64,000 nt of DNA from the human T2T-CHM13v2.0 reference genome, Homo sapiens. The notes under the pieces were generated by a model. That model saw nothing but the letters and a program-made list of their open reading frames with translations. It searched no databases and was not told the DNA's origin. The DNA is taken from NCBI RefSeq assembly GCF_009914755.1, contig NC_060929.1, one strand, 5' to 3'. Below are positions 55,652-64,000 of the stretch, in pieces (position 1 is the stretch's first letter; each line of letters opens with the position of its first letter). The position numbers were made by a program, and so were the translations under genes.

Positions 55652-55815
55652 TTAGCCAGGCGTGGTGGCACATGCCTGTAATCCCAGCTACTCAGGAGGC
55701 TGAGGCAGGAGAATCCTTGAACCTGGGAGGCGGAGGCTGCAGTGAGCCGAGATTGTGCCAGCTTGGGTGACACTCCAGCTTGGGTGACAGAGTGAGACTT
55801 CGTCTTTGACAAAAG
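55652..55815 (+). mobile_element. Alu right arm only
   Basis: Starts ttagccaggcgtggtggc; internal tandem duplication of ccagcttgggtgaca. Confidence 0.92.
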
Positions 55816-56387
55816 AATAAGCCTCAGGCAAGTCCTTCAGGAGGTATTCCAGAGGAAGGCATTGTTATTTTAGGTGATGACAGCTCCATGCATCTTATTG
55901 CCTTTGAAGGCCTTCCAGTGGGACAACATGTGGAGGTGGAAGACAGTGACATTGATAATCCTGACCCTGTGTAGGCCTAAGGTAACATGTGTTCTTTTGT
56001 TTCTTAAGGTTTAACAAACAAGTTTAAAAAGTAAAACATTAATGGGAAAGAGCTTATAGAACAAGGATATACAGAAAGATAAAAATTTTGCATAGTTGTG
56101 TGTTTGTGTTTTAAGCTAAATGTTATTACAAAACAGTCAAAAAGTTAAAAAAATTAAAAAGTTTATAAAGTAAAAGTTATAGTCAGCTAAGCTTAACTTA
56201 TTATTGAAGAAAGACTTTTAAAAAATAAATTTAGCATAGCCTAGGTTTACAGTGTTTATAGCAGTGTACAATAATGTCCTTGGCCTTCACATTCACTCAC
56301 TAGTCAGTGACTCACCCAGAACAACTTTCAGTCCTGAAAGCTCCATTCATGGTAAGTGCCCTACACAAGTAAGTGTGCCATTTTTAA

Positions 56388-56800
<413 letters not shown>

Positions 56801-58159
56801 TAACATGCTGTACAGGTTTATAGTCCAGGAGCAATAGCCTATACCATATAGCCTAGGTGTGCAGTAGGCTATACCACCCCAGGTTTGTGTAAGTACACTC
56901 TGGTGTTCACACAAGGATGAAATTGCCTAATGGCACACTTCTCAGAACATATCCCTATCATTAACTGACGCATGACTGTGTGTATATTAATATCACAAGC
57001 CCTTTGCAAACTAGATAGGGAAGGTATTTCATTCTCATTTTCATGCTTTAGTTAATATCAGAGAGCCACCAACTTAAAATATTTCCACATACTTCCAGCT
57101 GAAACTTCACAGGCTGCTTTCATTTTTTACTTAGTTTCTAACATTATGATTTCTGAAATTTCCACATTAGCTCATCACTTCAAAATGCCTTTAATGCCAA
57201 TATATCAAGCCCATCATCAAACAGATCATCTTACATATTTGTGCAGTGTGTGAGGCTCTAAGTGAACACTTTCTACAAAGGGAATTTTTATCTACATCCC
57301 CAAGTAGAAGAGAGATTGTGCTGTGCTCCTTTCCTTCTCATGGAAGGTTTACTAATAATTTCATTGTCATCTTTAAGCCTTTCACTAGTCACAGCAAGAG
57401 TACATGCAAGGATCTAAGCAAACAAAGCTCTTAGGCTGCCTTGAAACAAAACCTGTCTGTACCATCATACTAAATTCCCCCAGCCTATTTCAACACTGGC
57501 AATGAAAACATGGCATTTTTCACCTTGACTTTACTTTCAATGTGACAAGGCAGTGTCTAACTTCAGGGCATTCCGTGGTTATGAAATCTTGACACCTCAC
57601 CTACTGTGGGAATGACATGTTGAAACAGTTTCTCCATTCTCTGAGGCATTTTCATATTAAGCTCTGGTGAATGGGTATTAATGAGATGGTCATTGGAGTG
57701 TCAGGCGGGCCGTGTCTCTTCTTTTTCTGTCTCTCTCCCCCTGCCCTTCCCCATCCCATCCTCCTCCCCCACCCCCAGCTGCACAGCTGACAACTTCAAA
57801 CATTTAATTACTGATCCCCTCATCCCCTAACAATCAATAGTTGGCATCCCCCAAAATCAAATAATATTCAATGTGCAGAGCTGTATTTGTTTTCACATAA
57901 CACTGCAGGGAAATTAAAGATAACTCATCATGTGAATCAGGTTCTCTCTTTATGATTAAGAAGTGACTGCCACTTCCATGCACATCCTAGGGGTTACCTA
58001 ACGTGGCTCTAAAATGTCCTTGGCAAATGTTCTTACTGCTTCTCCAATTACATTAAACTATGGATTGTCTAATGATTCTTTGGAAAAATATACTTTTATG
58101 ATACCTTGAATGCTAAAAAGGATTCTTGTTATTTATGATAAATTACTTATCTTTTAACA

Positions 58160-58430
58160 ATAGAAATAGTAACATGTATTGAGGGCATACACCATACTAG
58201 ACAAGGTCCTAGGTGCTTTATATACATAATCCATTTCATTCTCATAGTAAGTCCATGGAGGTAAGTACCATTATTATTTCTCATGTTTTATGTAGAGGAG
58301 AACAATGACATTCTGATAGAATGGGTGACTTGACTAAAGTTACAACTAGTTAGTGGCAGAACTGGAATTTAGAATTGTTCTGTCTGAACCAAGAATCAAA
58401 AGTCTTAAACACTCCTTTACACTGCCTTTC
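58160..58430 (-). mobile_element. MIR
   Basis: aacatgtattgaggg...ctaggtgctttatatacat...gtgacttgactaaagttacaactagttagtggcagaactgg. Confidence 0.85.
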
Positions 58431-58642
58431 TTGGCAAGTTGAATTATATCAAATGACTTTTGTTTTGGTTTAGCTATAAATATTTCACTTGTCTCAACTC
58501 ATCTAGCACCTTTGTCATTCAGGTTCAGTTATCAAGGATCACAACTCTGATTGGTGCTCTGAGTGATAATGACTACATTTCCCATATGAAAAGTCATACA
58601 TCTTTATTATTTTTATGAAAGTTCAGAGTCCTTGGATTGTGT

Positions 58643-59105
58643 TTTGTTGTTTTTTTCTTTAAGTTTAGGTTCTGGGAGTACACATGCAGGTTTGTTACAT
58701 GAGTAAATTGTGTGTGTTGAGACTTGTCACCCAAGTAGTGAGGATAGTACCCACTATGTAGCCTTCCAATCCATGCCCTCTTTCCATCCTTCCCCTTCAA
58801 GCAGTCCTCAGTGTCTATTTTTCCCCTCTTTTGTTTCCATGAGTATTCAATGTTTAGCTCCACTTATAAGTAAGAACATGCAGTATTTGGTTTTCTGTTC
58901 CTGCATTAGTTGGCTTAGGATAATGGCCTCTAGCTGCATCCACATTGCCACAAAGGACATGATTTCATTCTTTTTTTATGGCTGTATTATATTCCAGAGT
59001 ATAAATGTACCACATTTTGTTAGTCCAGTCCACCACTGATGGGCACCTAGATTGATTCTGGGTCTTTGCTATTATGAATAGTCCTGTGATGAACAAACAG
59101 GTGCA
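58643..59105 (-). mobile_element. Older L1PA (L1PA15/16-like) 3' end
   Basis: gtacacatgcaggtttgttacatg...tttagctccacttataagtaagaacatgcagtatttgg; TSD tggattgtgt. Confidence 0.92.
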
Positions 59106-59919
59106 TGGATTGTGTGTTAAAGGTGGATTTCAGAAATCATAATGAAAAATAATCTCGAAGATTTATGAGGATCTATTTTTTCACTTGTAGTTATACTGTA
59201 GCAGAAAAATTTTGATGACTTAATAATAATTCAATTTAATAATAAACAATGTATTATATTGTTTTTTCACTTATATTTTGAGGGAAAATATTAAAATATT
59301 TCCTCAAAAATACATCAAGAAACATACTGAAATTATGAAATATGGCCAAGTTAAATCAGAAATTTCAGGGAGTGTTTTGATTTCCCAATCCACCACTTTA
59401 TGAGGAAGCATAGAGCCCACTTCAGCAGGTCAGTTGACCTGGGCCCCACCCTCATGAAGCATGTTGAGTTCTAGCAAACATGTACATCTTTGGTTTGTCA
59501 CCTGTCCATACTGAACTTGGGGCGGAAAGATCACTGCTTCACACCCCTCCTTTTCCTCAGGTTTGCCAGTCTCAGAGAATTAGAACACTGCATAAAACCT
59601 TAGAACTCAGTGTATTCCAGCTCTCACAGTCTACTGATGAAGAAACTGAAGCCAAGAAAGGTAGCCACAGTGCCTGGGCCAGACAGACCCAGGTTCCAGA
59701 GCCAGCCCAACCATCTCCCACTATCCCACGCTTCCTCTCCAGCTTACACTGTACTGTACAGATATCGGTAAAGGAGTCATCATTTGTAAATAAGGCTGGC
59801 AATGTTCCCTCCTCCTAATGTTGTTAACCAGAAACTACTTTATTGTAAAGAAAACAGATGCTACTAATTCTGCATCAAAGACATCTTGGACATTATGCTA
59901 ATTAGAGCCTAATGAAGTG

Positions 59920-60110
59920 GGTTGGCATCCCAGTTCCACCGATTTAAGCTATGGGACCAATTATGAAACTTTCCAAAGCCTGAGTTCCATTATTTGTAAG
60001 AAGGTGATGATAACACCACCAACCGCATTGGGTTGTTGGTGATATATATATGTAATAATTCATATATCTGACACATAATAAATATTCAATAAATATTACT
60101 TTATCTTATC
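59920..60110 (+). mobile_element. MIR
   Basis: atcccagttccacc...gggttgttgg...tctgacacataataaatattcaataaat. Confidence 0.6.
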
Positions 60111-61080
60111 ATTTTGCTAAATTGTAACAGAAAATTCCCTATAAGGTCTTCAGAGTAATTCTGCCTACTATGCCCTCCCCATGCAGCTGCCAACAAATTT
60201 ATTATAGTTGGTATGTCACTGGTTACGTTTTCCAATGTTTGAAAAAAATTCTACCTCACTCCCCATCCTTACCACACATATATCCCCCACCTACTTGGAG
60301 TATAAACTCCTGGGAAACCACTTACAATGTACAGTTTGGCTGTGGCTCACCACACTCTTCTCAAGGCTCTTCAGTATTGGGATGGATGGCAAGAATTGCA
60401 TTTATTTTCTCACTTCTTTTGTTTAAGGTGCTGAGTCAGATTAAGAGATGGCACTGTCCCAAATTGCAACGAACTGGACTCCACTTGTATTTTGTAAAGT
60501 TGAGCTGACCCGGCTCAGCTCCTAAAAGAGTGCTGTTTGCCTGCTTTTCCGGGATGAATACTTTAGCAACTGCTGCTCTCTGTGTCTGGACTCACCTTTC
60601 AGAGAGACAGAGACTTTGAGGTTCTGTGGCTTTGCCTAATGAATAACCTGGTCTCTGTCATTTTCAAAATGCAAACATTTGTGGGACTCTGAGAACTGTT
60701 CTTTGTAGAAACAAGTCATTGCCAAAGTTCAGAGAGATAGCTACAGACACAGATGTAGTCTTAGGACATATTGATTAGCTTTCTGGCTAGATCTTTTTTA
60801 ATGTAATGGGCATACTATCTTGGTGAAAGAAGTTGACTTTTTGACAATTTGCAGCCATGGAACTTGCCTTCTGCATCAAAATCATTGGAAGATTATGTTC
60901 CTCTGAAGTTCCTAATACCTCAGAAAACAGCTCCTGTCCATCCATTCATTTCTTCATTCAACAAATATGTATTGAACACTTGGTTTTAGGTGCTACGCCA
61001 ACAACTAGCAGCACCAATAATAGTGATAAATAGTATCCTGGAAGAGTTTAAAATTTAGAAGGAAAAATAATCCACAAGTA

Positions 61081-61448
61081 CAGACAGTTATGACTTAGGG
61101 TGATTTGATTTAGGATTTTTCAACTTTACGATGATGCAAAAGTGATACACATTCAGTAGAAAATGTACTTCGAGTATCCACACGATCATTGTTTTTTCAC
61201 TTTCAGTACAGTATTCAATAAGTTACATGAGCTATTCGAACTTTAAAAATAGGCTTTGCATGAGATGATTTTGTAGTAGATGAGTTGTAGTTTAATGTAA
61301 GTTGTTCTGAGCCCATTTAAAGTAGGCTAGGCTTAGTTATGATTTTCAGAAGATTACGTGTATTAAATGCATTTTTTGACTTAAGATATTTTCAACTTAA
61401 TGATGGGTTTATCAGGATACAAACCTGTGGTAAGTTGAAGAGCATCTG
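61081..61448. mobile_element. MER47A-like (TcMar-Tigger) MITE
   Basis: ta|cagacagttatgactta ... taagttgaagagcatctg|ta, TA target duplications. Confidence 0.88.
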
Positions 61449-61522
61449 TATAGTATGTTAGTTGTATGGGGGTGGGAGAAGAAAGTGATGTGGCTATAAG
61501 GTGGCACAGTGAAGTGCTGGGA

Positions 61523-61840
61523 CAGCACTGTTCAATAGAAATAAAATGTGAGACACATATGTGGTTTAAAATTTTCTAGCAGCCACATTAAAAAGTAAAA
61601 AAAGGTAAAATTAATTTTAATAATACATTTTCTCAAACTCAAGATATCGAAAATACCATTTCCACATGTAATCAATATCAAAACATTATTGTTGAGATAT
61701 TTTATATATTTTTTTGTACTAAGTCTTCTAAATCTGGTGTGTATTTTACACTTGCAGCACATCTCAAATGAAATAGCAACATTTCACATGCACAAGACTC
61801 ACATATCTTCTGATGGCTATCTTGTCGAATAGCACAATTC
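61523..61840. mobile_element. MER33-like hAT-Charlie
   Basis: cagcactgttcaatagaaat...aaattttctagcagccacattaaaaag...aaatctggtgtgtattttacact. Confidence 0.88.
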
Positions 61841-62292
61841 TAGGAAGTTCAAAAGGGGGAACAATTGCTTCTCAAATTGATGAAGGTAGAGAAGAATGGT
61901 ATCAGAGAAACTGATTAAGCAGGGACCTGGGAATCTGAGTTGAGTTCCGGGGCATGTTTGTTCCCTAGCACCATGACCTACATGGCAGTGTCTCTTCTCA
62001 TACTATTTTAAGAGTCCCTGGTAAGTAGGTTCTGTGTTCATATTCCTAACAGTGAGCCCCCTATGCCCCTGTCCTATGGCGTTAAAGAAATCTTTATATG
62101 TTGAATGAATAAATGAAAGAAGAATTTAAAAAATAGTTATCTACAGCTTGGTAGACCCTGTGTTGGTATTTGCATATAGTCTCTAATACTTATATTGTGA
62201 CAAACTTTCAAGGAGCTACTAACATCACCATTTTATAAGAGAGAAATGTGAAATACAGGGTGGTTAGGGGATTTCCCAAGGTTACAGACTTA

Positions 62293-62678
<386 letters not shown>

Positions 62679-62884
62679 CTAGACAGAAGAGTGAGCTACA
62701 CAAGTGAGTTAAGAAAGTGATATGCTAACACATTAATGATTAATAGGTACGAATTTGTCCATCAAATCTTAAATAGTTCCTCATATATTATACCTTGGAC
62801 CTCTCTTCTGTTTCTTCTGACAAGGTTTTCTTGAAATAAGAAACAAAAACAAATGACTGCCTTCCCAAGGCAAAGGGTATTTTG

Positions 62885-63170
62885 GGAAATCTGAAGCAGC
62901 GTTAGAGGTTTAGCCCAGTCTTCCTCACTACAGCCTCTTCAACATTTCTGAAAAGTGAATGTCCATCCTCCCTGTGAGAAAACCATCTCCCAAGACAGTC
63001 CCTGCCACTCTTTGATAGGCTGAACACTAGAAAATTCGTCCACATACTGATTTCCAACCTTCCCTTCTTATAACTTCCAATTAGAAGCTTGTTCTAATTG
63101 TGCCTTCCTAAATACTCTTCTTCATTCAGATATCATGTGCCTACCTAGTCTATTCGATCTTGTGGGGGAG
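62885..63170 (-). mobile_element. L3/CR1 fragment
   Basis: ccatctcccaagacagtccc...tagaaaattcgtcc...tataacttccaatta...ttctaattgtgcc. Confidence 0.55.
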
Positions 63171-63248
63171 GCAGGAAGGCAAACATTACTTATGCAATAC
63201 TCAAGTCAAATACATATGGATTCAAACTGAGTCCTAAAATGTATATGT

Positions 63249-63585
<337 letters not shown>

Positions 63586-64000
63586 TCATCTGGGAGGTAA
63601 GTATAAGAACCAGGGCTTGGCCCTATAAAATTTAATATTATCTCATTTTTACTTAAGAAATGGACTTGCTAAATCTGCTGACCATCCCAAAAAATCATCA
63701 GCAACTTGGAGAGTCAGCTTTACATTACAAACAAGTCTGAAAACTGGAATGATAAAAACCATGATGAAGTTCTAACTTGCTGACTTCTTGGCTGTGTTTG
63801 GACAGCCACAACTTCCCTGCCTTTCTAAAGGGGCAGAGAATAGAATGCGAAATGTCACCATTTCTACAATTTTATTCATCCTTCTTTCCAAACATTTATT
63901 TTTACTTCCTTAGGGTATGAGGAAGAGCATGTTCTAACACAATTGTTCTGAGTTGTTGCCAGGAAGTCAAGTGTATCTTTAGCATCACCTCTGGGCAAAT

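Noticed and set aside
59276-59309. AT-rich imperfect hairpin
   Set aside because: Short, bulged and low complexity; plausible by chance

Overview
Primate, most likely human, genomic DNA (AluJ/S/Y, L1PA, THE1, MSTA, MER50 present). It is AT-rich with no CpG island and no protein-coding exon I can recognise; the short ORFs fall in repeats or look random. It reads as a large intron or intergenic regulatory interval: many MIR, L2, L3, L1, Alu, LTR and DNA-transposon fossils separated by repeat-free blocks carrying E-box, MEF2, SOX and homeodomain motifs. The host gene cannot be named from sequence; weak hints (L1 orientation, splice donors) favour minus-strand transcription. The most unusual structure is at 36460-37180, where a MIR is split by a ~690 bp compound insertion: a perfect 114-bp palindrome, four more inverted copies of its arm joined by (TA)n tracts, and a 240-bp, 96% identical copy of the THE1/MIR junction 2.5 kb upstream. 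An older local templated copy (3692-3830 into an L1ME at 7223-7357) is also present. Ancient repeat boundaries and all subfamily names come from recalled consensus sequences and are approximate.
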